Shown here one piece after another: positions 50,940 through 60,437 of a DNA stretch of 64,000 nucleotides. Positions within the stretch are counted from its first letter, which is position 1. Every line of letters starts with the position of its first letter. A program made the translations under genes and the position numbers. The DNA is from Sulfolobales archaeon (lineage in GTDB: Archaea > Thermoproteota > Thermoprotei_A > Sulfolobales > AG1): contig JAWBYA010000006.1 of the NCBI GenBank assembly GCA_038867615.1, positions 33,562 through 97,561 of the forward strand. Reading direction: 5' to 3'. The notes under the pieces are model-generated. The model worked only from the letters and a program-made list of their open reading frames with translations, was not told the DNA's origin and did no database searches.

Positions 50940-51404
50940 GTGTCTGGAGAGCTATTAAAAGTAATCGATATAGAGGCCTATGTCAACTACTCAGACAGAT
51001 TTAACCCATACACAGTGCTACAATGCTCCCTAGAGGATGGAAGACTCTTCAACCTCTACCTAATACCCCTAGAGGTTGTGCTAGCAGTCAACAAGATCAA
51101 GGGCTATGGGTTTGAGAACGATAGAGAAACTCTCTTCGAAGTGCTAACAGTGTTTAACGAGATAGAGGTGCTTAGAAATAAGATTGAGAAGGTCGTTGTA
51201 GACGAGGTTGACGAGAACACGCATCTCTACACAGCTAAAATCTATATCAAGGGCGACGGGTTCACGGTTGCTAAAAGAATGATCCCGAGCCACGCGATCT
51301 TCCTAGCATATCTAGTAGGAGCACCAATATATATATTGAAAGAACTGGTAGATAAACAAGAACAGGATAGCAAAGAAACCGAAGAGGACAGCCTAGGGTT
51401 CTAA
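50940..51404 (+). CDS. Bifunctional nuclease (DUF151) family protein
   Basis: IEKVVVD...YTAKIY...IPSHAIFLA...PIYI pattern. Confidence 0.75.
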   Translation: MSGELLKVIDIEAYVNYSDRFNPYTVLQCSLEDGRLFNLYLIPLEVVLAVNKIKGYGFENDRETLFEVLTVFNEIEVLRNKIEKVVVDEVDENTHLYTAKIYIKGDGFTVAKRMIPSHAIFLAYLVGAPIYILKELVDKQEQDSKETEEDSLGF

Positions 51405-51700
51405 AAAGCATAACCCTAGGATTGCTATGTGTTCTCGAGAAACACTACGCCTAGTATCCTTAGGTTTATAACAGCTTCTATATCCCCTATCTATTGTTAA
51501 GACCCCGGATTCTGTTTTAGCACCCACCAGCCTGCCCATAGAGGCTGTTTCAGAGCGAGATATGTTTTGAGCCACTCCTAAGAGGTTGAGGGGCTTTTAT
51601 ATCTACTCTATCCTGAATCGCCAGCGGTAATGGAAACCAAGGAGAATCGATCCTGAGCGTCTCTTTATAAGCATTGGAGAAACATTATCTAGGAGGTAAA

Positions 51701-52144
51701 ATGCCGGGTAAGAAAGCCCCATCAGGCCTCTACGCAGCGAGGAAGCTTAGGAAAAAGAGACTCAAGCTCAGGTGGAGCCAGAGGGATTTCAGGGTAAGAA
51801 TGCTTAGGCTTAAAGAGAAATACGACCCCCTCGAAGGAGCCCCCATGGCCAGAGGGATCGTGCTTGAGAAGACAGGGATCGAGTCGAGGCAGCCCAACTC
51901 AGCCCTGAGAAAATGTGTAAGGGTTCAGCTGGTCAAGAACGGGAAGGTGGTTACAGCGTTCGTCCCAAAGGACGGCGGGATCACGTTTATAGACGAGCAC
52001 GATGAGGTAATAATAGCAGGGATCGGCGGTACTAGGGGTAAGTCAATGGGAGATCTCCCCGGGGTTAAGTATAAGGTTATAATGGTTAACGGTGTCTCCC
52101 TAGATGCTCTGCTAAAGGGTAAGAAGCAGAAGCCAACTAGATGA
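51701..52144 (+). CDS. rps12: 30S ribosomal protein S12 (uS12)
   Basis: MPGKKAPSG..., [17 protein letters not shown] and GDLPGV; AGGAGG SD before ATG 51701. Confidence 0.97.
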   Translation: MPGKKAPSGLYAARKLRKKRLKLRWSQRDFRVRMLRLKEKYDPLEGAPMARGIVLEKTGIESRQPNSALRKCVRVQLVKNGKVVTAFVPKDGGITFIDEHDEVIIAGIGGTRGKSMGDLPGVKYKVIMVNGVSLDALLKGKKQKPTR

Positions 52145-52366
52145 TAACGCAGACCCCGAGGATTTTGTTTAATTTTGTTTAGCTAGCTATATTATAGAAT
52201 TACTATATATATAATCTACCTAGGAGAGTAAAGGTCACGCTCCTTAACTCCCAACCACTCTATGATCTGTTATATAGATGCGATCCATATATAATTTTAT
52301 CTAATGCTAAATAAAATAACATACATATTTATAAGTATTCTAAGAATAGTATGTCTGGTGGGTTAA

Positions 52367-53206
52367 ATGGTAGTAAGTGAAAAGCAATCTCCAGTTGTAG
52401 ATCCTGAGTGGCTTGAGAAAAATCTAAATAATGTTAAGGTAATTGAGGTCGACTATGACCCTTCAACAGCATATAATATCGGGCATATACCAGGAGCCCT
52501 CCTGATCGATTGGAAGAAGGATCTCAACAAATATCCCGAGAGGGATATAATCGATAAAGAAGGCTTCGAAGCCCTCCTCTCAAGACTCGGAATCTCTAAC
52601 ACAGACACCGTGGTTCTGTATGGTGATTATAACAACTGGTTCGCAGCATTCGCCTACTGGGTTTTCAAGATCTATGGGCATGATGATGTAAAAATACTCA
52701 ACGGTGGTAGGAAGAAATGGATAGAGCTTGGAAAACCCCTCACCAAAGAAATACCCAAGCCAAGCCCAACAACCTATAGAGTCACTAAAGTCGACCTAAC
52801 CCTCAGAGCCTCTTTCCTAGACGTGCTTAAGAACCTCAGAAACCCCAGCGTAGTTCTGATAGATGTTAGGAGTCCCGCGGAGTATAAGGGGGAGATAACA
52901 GCCCCGCCAGAATATCCTAACGAGGCTGCCCAGAGGGCTGGGCATATACCAGGTGCTGTTAACATACCCTGGGCCCAGGCTGTGAGGGAGGATGGTACCT
53001 TCAAAAGCGTCGATGAGCTGAGAGCCCTTTACGAGAGTAGGGGTGTTACGAAGGATAAGGAGGTTATTGTCTACTGCAGAATAGGTGAGAGAGCGGCTCA
53101 CACGTTCTTTGTACTCAAAGAGATCCTAGGATACCCCAAGGTCAGAGTATATGATGGTAGCTGGAGCGAGTGGGGCAACATTGTGGGTGCGCCTATAGAG
53201 AAGTAA
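52367..53206 (+). CDS. Tandem-domain rhodanese / thiosulfate sulfurtransferase
   Basis: GHIPGA twice, active loop YCRIGER and YDGSWSEW. Confidence 0.95.
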   Translation: MVVSEKQSPVVDPEWLEKNLNNVKVIEVDYDPSTAYNIGHIPGALLIDWKKDLNKYPERDIIDKEGFEALLSRLGISNTDTVVLYGDYNNWFAAFAYWVFKIYGHDDVKILNGGRKKWIELGKPLTKEIPKPSPTTYRVTKVDLTLRASFLDVLKNLRNPSVVLIDVRSPAEYKGEITAPPEYPNEAAQRAGHIPGAVNIPWAQAVREDGTFKSVDELRALYESRGVTKDKEVIVYCRIGERAAHTFFVLKEILGYPKVRVYDGSWSEWGNIVGAPIEK

Positions 53207-53225
53207 AGAGGGGGAAGAGATCATC

Positions 53226-53474
53226 GTGGCAGGACTCAGAACAATAGATCTTGGAGATCTAAGCATACTCTGCGGTACATCAAGGCTTGGGGAGATAAGG
53301 AGAAGGGTGGTTGAAACCCTGAAACCTGGGGAAGAGGCTGTAGTGGTTACAAGGGATCCTGAGACTTGGTATGCGTTAACAAGCCTTGGTGATGAGCTTG
53401 GGTATGAGTTGATAGAGAGCTCTAAAGATCCTGAGGGAAGGTATCTGGTTAGGATAAGGATGAAAAACAGCTAA
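53226..53474 (+). CDS. Divergent TusA/SirA-like protein
   Basis: 82 aa; IDL....CG, LKPGEE.VVVTRDP, GYELI and YLVRIR. Lacks the canonical CPxP. Confidence 0.65.
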   Translation: MAGLRTIDLGDLSILCGTSRLGEIRRRVVETLKPGEEAVVVTRDPETWYALTSLGDELGYELIESSKDPEGRYLVRIRMKNS

Positions 53475-54296
53475 TCAAGACCTTGGAGGCCCTACCTCGA
53501 CTGGAAGATCTTTTCTAGAGGAGTACTCATAGAAAGACTCTGGGTAGAGCCTAACATCGCTAAGCCCCTTTATCTTCTTCAGAACAAGCCATGCAAGTGC
53601 TGCCCTCTCGCCTGAGGAGCAGTAGGTTATTATCCTCCTATTACCAGCAGCCCCAGCTATGCTTGATAGCCTCTCAACAGCCTCTCCATCTCCGAAGAGG
53701 GCTCTCAGAAAGACCATGGGGTCTATAAGAACCGAGCCTGGTATTCTTCCTGGCCTTGGTGTTGTCTGCATACTCCCAATATGTTCTTCATATGTTCTCA
53801 CATCTATGAGAACCGCTTGATCCTCGCCCCTAGCTATTCTAACCACCTCCTCGAGAGAAGATCTTATATCGCTCCTAATGATCGGTCTATACTCCTTAGG
53901 CTGGGGTTTCGTGACACCCCTCTCTAGGGGGAGCTTTCTCGCCTCCCACTCCTCCATCCCTCCCTTGAGGAGATAGATCTCCTCCTGCCCCATATACTCT
54001 AGATACCAATACGTATAGCAAGCTATCCCTATGCTTGTCCTATCATAGGCTATAACCACTCGATCCTCTCTTGAGAGACCATTCCTCCCAAGGATCTTTG
54101 CAATCTCGGAAGGATCCTTGGGCTTTGAGGGCATGCCTCTCTCATGCTCCGTGAAATCCCAGAAGTAGAGCCACAGGGCGCCTGGTATATGGGCTCTGGC
54201 GTATTTAGAGAAGGGTCTTATATCAACAACTACTAGAGAGCCCTCGCGGATCCCTCTAAGTGTCTCTTCAGCATCTCTGAAGATCCTCTGCACCAC
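53475..54296 (-). CDS. Tandem-domain rhodanese
   Basis: AHIPGA, GRIPGS and active loop YCSSGER. Confidence 0.9.
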   Translation of the reverse strand: MVQRIFRDAEETLRGIREGSLVVVDIRPFSKYARAHIPGALWLYFWDFTEHERGMPSKPKDPSEIAKILGRNGLSREDRVVIAYDRTSIGIACYTYWYLEYMGQEEIYLLKGGMEEWEARKLPLERGVTKPQPKEYRPIIRSDIRSSLEEVVRIARGEDQAVLIDVRTYEEHIGSMQTTPRPGRIPGSVLIDPMVFLRALFGDGEAVERLSSIAGAAGNRRIITYCSSGERAALAWLVLKKIKGLSDVRLYPESFYEYSSRKDLPVEVGPPRS

Positions 54297-55480
54297 TACC
54301 TCTCCCCATAGATCCTTCTCAGCTCTTCCGCAGCAATCCTCATAGATCTCAGCTTATTGAAAGCAGTCTTTGGAGTGTTTACAGGAGCCTCTGCGAAGGT
54401 GCCGAAACCGCAGTCAGGGTTTAGATAGATCTTCCCTGGATCCATGAACCTCAAGATCTTCTCAACCCTGGCAACAACCTCTGAGGGCTTCTCAACCTCA
54501 TCAGTCCTCGGATTAACAACACCGAAGCCAAGCTCCTTATCCCCTATATAGTCCCTCAGAGCCTCAACATCACCAGCCCTCGGAGTTGCGAACTCAAGCA
54601 CGAGCTGCTCAGCCTTGGTTTCAGCCAGGTAGGGCATTAGGGGTACATAGTCCCCCTTGAGAAGGGCATCCTCCCTCCTACTCCAATTACCCCTACACAC
54701 ATGGATCCCTACCTTTATGCCGGAGACCCCCTTTACAGCTTCATTTATAAGCTCTACAGCGAACTCGAGCTCCTCCCTCGGGTTCCTCCTGCTAAACAGT
54801 GCTGCACACATGAATGTCTGCTGCGATTGATCTGGTCCGTAAACCACCTCACTCAACACGGGCTCATCGAGCTGGACAAAGAATACACCTAGATCTCTCA
54901 GCGCTATTATCTCATCCCTCAGGATCCTGGCATACTCGTACCCAAGCTCCTCTCTAGATCTGTAGTGCTTATCACTTATCCCGGGAACCCAGCTGGATCT
55001 TGTGAGGAGATATGGCCCTGGAAGCGGGATCTTGATCAAAGCCCTAGTATGGTTCCTCAGGAAAGAAGCCTCATCCCTAGCAATACCCCTCGCCCCAACC
55101 TCCAGCCTCGAGGTTACAACAGGGTTTCTTATCGAAAACGCCGGGACATCGAGGCTTCTCAAAACAGTCTCAAACCTAGACTTATCGGGCACGAGATCGA
55201 CTATCTCCGCCACGGTTTTCAACTCAACACCACGGATCTTGTCGGCAACGAAGGAGTAGAAGTTATCCCTCCTCTGCTCACCATCACTAAGGATCTCAAC
55301 CCCAGCATCCTCTTGGTATTTAACGGCTAAGAGCACAGCCTCATCAGCTATCGAGTCAAACTCCTCCTGAGAGATCTTACCCTCCCTCTTAAGCCTCAAA
55401 GCCTCGAGAAGCCAGCGGGGTCTAGGCCAGCTTCCAACAACGGTTACAGGGAATAGGGGTAGCCTGGACAAGGATCTCAC
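54296..55480 (-). CDS. Single-domain cobalamin-independent methionine synthase (MetE core) family protein
   Basis: VGSWPRP, DGEQRR, QLDEP and Zn ligands HVCRGN and PDCGF. Confidence 0.88.
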   Translation of the reverse strand: MRSLSRLPLFPVTVVGSWPRPRWLLEALRLKREGKISQEEFDSIADEAVLLAVKYQEDAGVEILSDGEQRRDNFYSFVADKIRGVELKTVAEIVDLVPDKSRFETVLRSLDVPAFSIRNPVVTSRLEVGARGIARDEASFLRNHTRALIKIPLPGPYLLTRSSWVPGISDKHYRSREELGYEYARILRDEIIALRDLGVFFVQLDEPVLSEVVYGPDQSQQTFMCAALFSRRNPREELEFAVELINEAVKGVSGIKVGIHVCRGNWSRREDALLKGDYVPLMPYLAETKAEQLVLEFATPRAGDVEALRDYIGDKELGFGVVNPRTDEVEKPSEVVARVEKILRFMDPGKIYLNPDCGFGTFAEAPVNTPKTAFNKLRSMRIAAEELRRIYGER

Positions 55481-56007
55481 CTCACAACCTTTACCTCTGG
55501 TATTACCTCCACGTTCCTAGTAAGTGTGTTGCCAACGGGCGAGGTTCTCACGGTCTCCTCCCATATTTCTCTTACTGTCTTCTCATCGGCTTCCGCATCT
55601 ACATATGCCTTGGCATAGATCCTCTTATAGCCTGGATGCCCCTCACTCGATAATCCCAGGAAGACAAGGATATTGTCGATCTCACCCTCAAGCGCTATCT
55701 CCAGGTTCCTGATCCTCACACCCCTCTTTGTAGCGTTGAGAACAAAACCAGTTGCATAGCAAGCACCGAGGGCTGAGAGGACATATTCAACAGCATTAGG
55801 GCTTGAATCAGGACCCCCTAGCTCTGATGGTTCTGAGATTAGGAAGGAGTGGTTCCTAACATAGGATCTGAAGTTAAAGCCGGAGCCAAGCCATCTCACC
55901 CTAGCGCTCCACCTATTTATCTTCGAGACGAACTCTCTGTTCTCGCCTGCTTGTTTTAACAGCTCTCTCAGTTTCTCAACATCTATCCCATTGATCGTCT
56001 CCCCCAT
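55477..56007 (-). CDS. OsmC family protein (single Cys)
   Basis: EPSELGG, PNAVEYVLSALGAC; the second Cys is replaced by Ser (TSPV). Confidence 0.88.
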   Translation of the reverse strand: MGETINGIDVEKLRELLKQAGENREFVSKINRWSARVRWLGSGFNFRSYVRNHSFLISEPSELGGPDSSPNAVEYVLSALGACYATGFVLNATKRGVRIRNLEIALEGEIDNILVFLGLSSEGHPGYKRIYAKAYVDAEADEKTVREIWEETVRTSPVGNTLTRNVEVIPEVKVVR

Positions 56008-56164
56008 GCTATCGCCTCACACATATTATCTTATCTGGCTAATAAATAACCCATATATCTATTTTTATAATTATATCCGAGACATTGGATGTTTTATTTA
56101 CTATTATATTAAGTAAAACATGGCTCTTTTCTTATATTCCCTCTAATGATGTATTTTTAGAGAG

Positions 56165-56440
56165 GTGTACGGATTGGAAATAGGGGCTTCTGTCGACAAG
56201 CTTGGCGAGAAGCTATATAGACTCGATGCTCGAGGCTATATGTGCCCATACCCACAGATCTTCACCCTAAAGGCTATAGAGAGGATAGAGGATGGAGCTG
56301 TTCTAGAGGTTTTGATAGACAACCCGCTCAGCTGCGAGAATGTACCGGCTATTGCTAGGAAGAACGGGCATGAAGTCCTCTCGGTTGAAAAGATAGGTGA
56401 GGGTGAGTATAAAATCTCTATTAGGAAGAGGAGAGCTTAG
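56165..56440 (+). CDS. TusA/YedF family sulfur carrier
   Basis: LDARGYMCPYP and DNPLSCENVP. Confidence 0.92.
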   Translation: MYGLEIGASVDKLGEKLYRLDARGYMCPYPQIFTLKAIERIEDGAVLEVLIDNPLSCENVPAIARKNGHEVLSVEKIGEGEYKISIRKRRA

Positions 56441-57880
56441 ATGGAGAGGTATGAGGAGCTCTTTAAAGAGTTCTCAAGAAGGGTTGAGGAATACAGATCC
56501 CTCGGGATCAACCCCTTCTCCCTAGCAACTGGGTGTGCCGTTAAAGTAGATCTCGTGACAGTCCTCTATCCAGCTATTAGGAGCATTAAGGGGGAGCTTG
56601 AGAAGCTCGGCATGAGCATAGCCCCGAGAAGGGATGCAGATATCTTCCCAGGATCTATTGATGGTTTTAGATTGCATAGAGAGATCTATAGGAGTGAGGA
56701 GGACGTAGATCCTGAGAGGCTTGGAAAGATATCGCCCAGCAGGGCTATAGTGCTAGCCCAGGTTTATCAAAGGATAGCCGATAACCCGGACTCTCTAGCA
56801 AAGGTTGTTAGAAGCATATACTCCAGAGTAGCCCAGGCAAGTCCGGGCATCGTTATCGGTAAGGGGCACTCAATAGTTACAGCGGATCCGAAGGCTCAGT
56901 TCATGCTCTTCGACTACATAAAGGTTGAGAGGGGTGATGGAAAGCTAGTGGTTGGTAATAACGATACCATCCAGATCATAGATCCTGCAGAGGATCCTGG
57001 AAGCCCTAGACAAGCAGCAGTAGCGCTGGGAAACTCCCTCAACGACCTCTACACCCTCGGTGCTTGGAGGAATGCGATGATAGTGCCTGTTATAGACTCA
57101 CCCTCGAAGGAGCTTAGGAGGAGGATCGAGGATAGCATGAGGATCTACGCCGAGAGGGTAGGAGCCAGAATAATAGATGCCCCACAGCCCGAGGCCGGAG
57201 CACTCCTAATGGGGGCTACTGTTTTCGCCGAGACTGATAGAAAGCCCCCATTCTTCTACGACCATGTCTCGCCAGGCATGGAGCTCCTTGTGACAAGACC
57301 TATAGGAGAGCTTGCATCTATTAATGTTTATATGATGAGCATGCTTGATAGAGAGATAGCTGAGGAGCTTAAGAAAAGATCCGGCATAGATGTCGAGAAA
57401 CTCCTCGAGATAAAGAACAGGATCATAGACGCTATGGCTAGACCAAACATAGAGGTCGCAAGGATCATTGAGAAGAGACTCCCCCACCTAGACGAGGACT
57501 ACGACCCCGAGAGACATATAGCCGCGACAACAGATGTAACAGGCCCAGGGATCTATGTTATAAAAGAGCTGGCAGAACTCTCAAAAACCTCCATCAGAAT
57601 CGAGAAGATACCGCTACTCTCACCAGAGCTGAGCGAATTCGCAACAAGAAACTATATAATACCCAACGCAACCGCAGGAACGAATGGCGCTATAGTGATA
57701 ATAGCGAAGCCAAGGGTTATAGATGAGATCGAGGGAGAGCTTAGAGAGAAGGGCGAGGAGCCCATAAGGATCGGCAGGGTTATTGCCAAGGGAGAGACTA
57801 GGGTTGCAGCACCATCAACACTGAAAAAATATATCGCTGCAAAAGCATATCTAAAGGAGTTCGACCTCTATGAAGCGTAG
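56441..57880 (+). CDS. SelD-like (PurM-fold) putative sulfur-metabolism protein
   Basis: LATGCAVK (SelD Cys/Lys loop), NNDT, SLNDLY and TTDVTGPG. Confidence 0.85.
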   Translation: MERYEELFKEFSRRVEEYRSLGINPFSLATGCAVKVDLVTVLYPAIRSIKGELEKLGMSIAPRRDADIFPGSIDGFRLHREIYRSEEDVDPERLGKISPSRAIVLAQVYQRIADNPDSLAKVVRSIYSRVAQASPGIVIGKGHSIVTADPKAQFMLFDYIKVERGDGKLVVGNNDTIQIIDPAEDPGSPRQAAVALGNSLNDLYTLGAWRNAMIVPVIDSPSKELRRRIEDSMRIYAERVGARIIDAPQPEAGALLMGATVFAETDRKPPFFYDHVSPGMELLVTRPIGELASINVYMMSMLDREIAEELKKRSGIDVEKLLEIKNRIIDAMARPNIEVARIIEKRLPHLDEDYDPERHIAATTDVTGPGIYVIKELAELSKTSIRIEKIPLLSPELSEFATRNYIIPNATAGTNGAIVIIAKPRVIDEIEGELREKGEEPIRIGRVIAKGETRVAAPSTLKKYIAAKAYLKEFDLYEA

Positions 57881-58169
57881 GGCTGTCATAAGAATCTATG
57901 GAGAAGTCCAGGGCGTTGGCTATAGAAGCTGGACCTTGAGAAGGGCTAGAAGGCTCGGTCTAAAGGGTTTTGTGAGAAACGAACCCGACGGGAGTGTCCT
58001 CATAGTAGCAGAGGGGGATGAGGAAGCCTTATCAATGCTAGCAGAGGAGTGTAAAAAAGGCCCAGCCCTGGCTAGGGTTGAGAGGGTTGAGATCGAGTGG
58101 CAGGAATACAGAGGGGATTTCGAGGATTTCGAGATAGAGTATAGAGAATACGAGCTCCCGAGGGGGTAG
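57870..58169 (+). CDS. acyP: Acylphosphatase
   Basis: GEVQGVGYR, GFVRN..DGSV and GP. Confidence 0.93.
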   Translation: MKRRAVIRIYGEVQGVGYRSWTLRRARRLGLKGFVRNEPDGSVLIVAEGDEEALSMLAEECKKGPALARVERVEIEWQEYRGDFEDFEIEYREYELPRG

Positions 58170-58170
58170 G

Positions 58171-58410
58171 ATGGAGCAGAGGGAAATCGTCCTCGACACG
58201 AGAGGACAGCAATGCCCAAAACCATTCATAGAGCTCGTCAAAGCCTTCATGAAGCTTGAGGGGAGGGGGGTGATCAAGATATACACAGACGATGAAACAT
58301 GCATGAGCGTCATACCAGCCCACGCCGAGGAGGTGGGTTTCCAAGTAGTCTCTATGGATAGAGTGGAGAACTACATCGTGATCGTAGTAAAGATGGAGGG
58401 CGGACTATAA
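58171..58410 (+). CDS. TusA family sulfur carrier
   Basis: LDTRGQQCPKP motif. Confidence 0.88.
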   Translation: MEQREIVLDTRGQQCPKPFIELVKAFMKLEGRGVIKIYTDDETCMSVIPAHAEEVGFQVVSMDRVENYIVIVVKMEGGL

Positions 58411-58423
58411 ATCTCTACCCATA

Positions 58424-59176
58424 CTAACGCCTCACCAGCTTCTCAGGCTCGATAATCCTTATACCCAAGCTCCTTGCTATCCTTCTGAGCTCCCTAGGCT
58501 TTCTATCACCTATATAGTATGTTATGATATACCTAGCATCAACCTTCCTACCGGTAACCTTTTCATAGAGCTCAACCTTCCTCCTAAACACACTTAGATC
58601 TCCCCTGCTCACAGAAGATCTGATCTCAGCGACTGCGAGCTTTTCGTTTCTAACAATCACATCGAGATCCACCTGGCTTGGATAGCCATAGACATAACCC
58701 TCACCATCATAATAATCCCACCTCTCAACCCTATAGCCAAACCGCTCAAGAAACGCCCCAATACCTAGTCTAAAGGCACTCTCGCTAAAAACACCCCATC
58801 TAGCACCAAGGCTATCGAGCTTTCTACTAAGCTTCTCCTGACCCTCGTGTAGAGAAATAATCTCTTGCCACAGCTTAACCTGAACCTCACGTAAGAATAC
58901 AAGCTCTTGTAATAACTTGACTTGATCCTCTCTTATAGACTTAACCTCCTGTAGCAATTTAACGTGATCCTCGTATAGTGTTTTAATCGTCTTCAAGACC
59001 TGTTTCATTAGATCTAGGATCACGGCCTGGTTCTCAGCCACGGTTTTCACAGCGTCTATGAGGTTTTTCATGGACGACCGGAGATCTGTGATCCCTAGTA
59101 ACCCTATCACAGCTAACCTGAACGTCTCGTCCTCTTTCAAGAGCTTTAGGAGCTCTTCTCTCAAGCTTGCCATCAT
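58424..59176 (-). CDS. Coiled-coil plus PD-(D/E)XK-like (DUF3782-type) repetitive-family protein
   Basis: LLKEDETFR, EDQVKLLQE repeats, LGARWG..SE.AFR and VDLDV...AEIRSS. Confidence 0.75.
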   Translation of the reverse strand: MMASLREELLKLLKEDETFRLAVIGLLGITDLRSSMKNLIDAVKTVAENQAVILDLMKQVLKTIKTLYEDHVKLLQEVKSIREDQVKLLQELVFLREVQVKLWQEIISLHEGQEKLSRKLDSLGARWGVFSESAFRLGIGAFLERFGYRVERWDYYDGEGYVYGYPSQVDLDVIVRNEKLAVAEIRSSVSRGDLSVFRRKVELYEKVTGRKVDARYIITYYIGDRKPRELRRIARSLGIRIIEPEKLVRR

Positions 59177-59255
59177 CTATGGATTCGCACCGACGTATTA
59201 AAATCGATGGTTTTTTCTAGAATCGATATTTAATTATAACAAGTATATTTTATTC

Positions 59256-60437
59256 ATGGTGTTCTGCATGCTTCTCAACGGGGTAAGGGTGATCGAGATT
59301 GGGCATGCTGTTGCAGGCCCCACTGCTGGGCAAATGCTCGCGGATCTAGGTGCTGATGTTATAAAGATTGAGAGACCAGGCTCTGGGGATCATTTCAGAG
59401 ATCTTCCTGAGTTGGGGCCCTCGATCTTTGTTGATCTGAATAGGGGTAAGAGGAGTGTTGCGATAGATCTTGGGAAACCAAGGGGGCGTGAGATCTTCTT
59501 AAGGCTTGTGAGGATTTCTGATGTCGTGATCGATAATTTAGATTCGGCGGCTTCTAAGAAGCTTGGGATAGGTTATGAGGATCTCTCTAAAGAGAACCCA
59601 CGGATTATTTACTGCAAGATCTCGGGGTTTGGGGAGGGTCCTTATGAGCACATACCAGCCTATGATCCGATGCTCCAAGCCATATCAGGCATAATGTCCG
59701 TTACAGGCTTTCCCCCAGAGGGTTATGTGAGGGCTGGGTTCTCCCCTATAGATATGACGGGAGCTTTTCACTGCGTTATAGGGGTTTTAGCGGCTCTTTA
59801 TAGGAGGAGTATCACGGGCTCTGGATGCTATGTGGAGGCCTCTCTATTCGATTCCGCTGTCTATTATATGGGTTACTGGGCAACCTATTACGATCTATAT
59901 GGCCGCGATCCACAGCCCCTAGGGGCTACGCATATATATGCATCACCATACGGGCTTTTCAAGGTTCGGGATGGTTATGTATATATGGCTATTGTTAGCG
60001 ACACCCATTGGAGGAGCTTCTGCGAGGCTCTTGGTTTCACAGACCTCCTCCAGGATCCTAGGTATAGCACGAACAAGGGTCGTGTTGAGCATAAAAGCGA
60101 GCTTGAGGGCGAGATTGCAAAGAGGATCTCGGGGTATAGTGTGGGCGAGCTCCTAGAGATCCTAGCTCCAAGGAGAATCCCGATAGCCCCTATGTATAGG
60201 GTTAGCGGTCTTCTCAAAGATCCCCATGCGATATCGAGGGGGATTCTGGGTACTATTAAATGGGGTGATAAGGAGCTCAGGGTTGCTCTGAACCCTATAA
60301 GGGTTAATGGTGCTAGGTATAGCGCTAAAGGTGATCCACCAAGGCTTGGGGAGCATACCGTGGAGGTATTGAGAGGGCTTCTAGGACTCTCTGACAGGGA
60401 GATCGAGGATCTCAGGAGGGAGGGTGTTATAGCATGA
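59256..60437 (+). CDS. CaiB/BaiF family CoA-transferase
   Basis: LADLGADVIKIE, NRGKRS, AYD..LQA and PRLGEHT. Confidence 0.93.
   Translation: MVFCMLLNGVRVIEIGHAVAGPTAGQMLADLGADVIKIERPGSGDHFRDLPELGPSIFVDLNRGKRSVAIDLGKPRGREIFLRLVRISDVVIDNLDSAASKKLGIGYEDLSKENPRIIYCKISGFGEGPYEHIPAYDPMLQAISGIMSVTGFPPEGYVRAGFSPIDMTGAFHCVIGVLAALYRRSITGSGCYVEASLFDSAVYYMGYWATYYDLYGRDPQPLGATHIYASPYGLFKVRDGYVYMAIVSDTHWRSFCEALGFTDLLQDPRYSTNKGRVEHKSELEGEIAKRISGYSVGELLEILAPRRIPIAPMYRVSGLLKDPHAISRGILGTIKWGDKELRVALNPIRVNGARYSAKGDPPRLGEHTVEVLRGLLGLSDREIEDLRREGVIA

Noticed and set aside
56441-57880. Selenoprotein or true SelD selenium system
   Set aside because: The active-site codon is TGT (Cys). No in-frame TGA extension or Sec machinery is seen.
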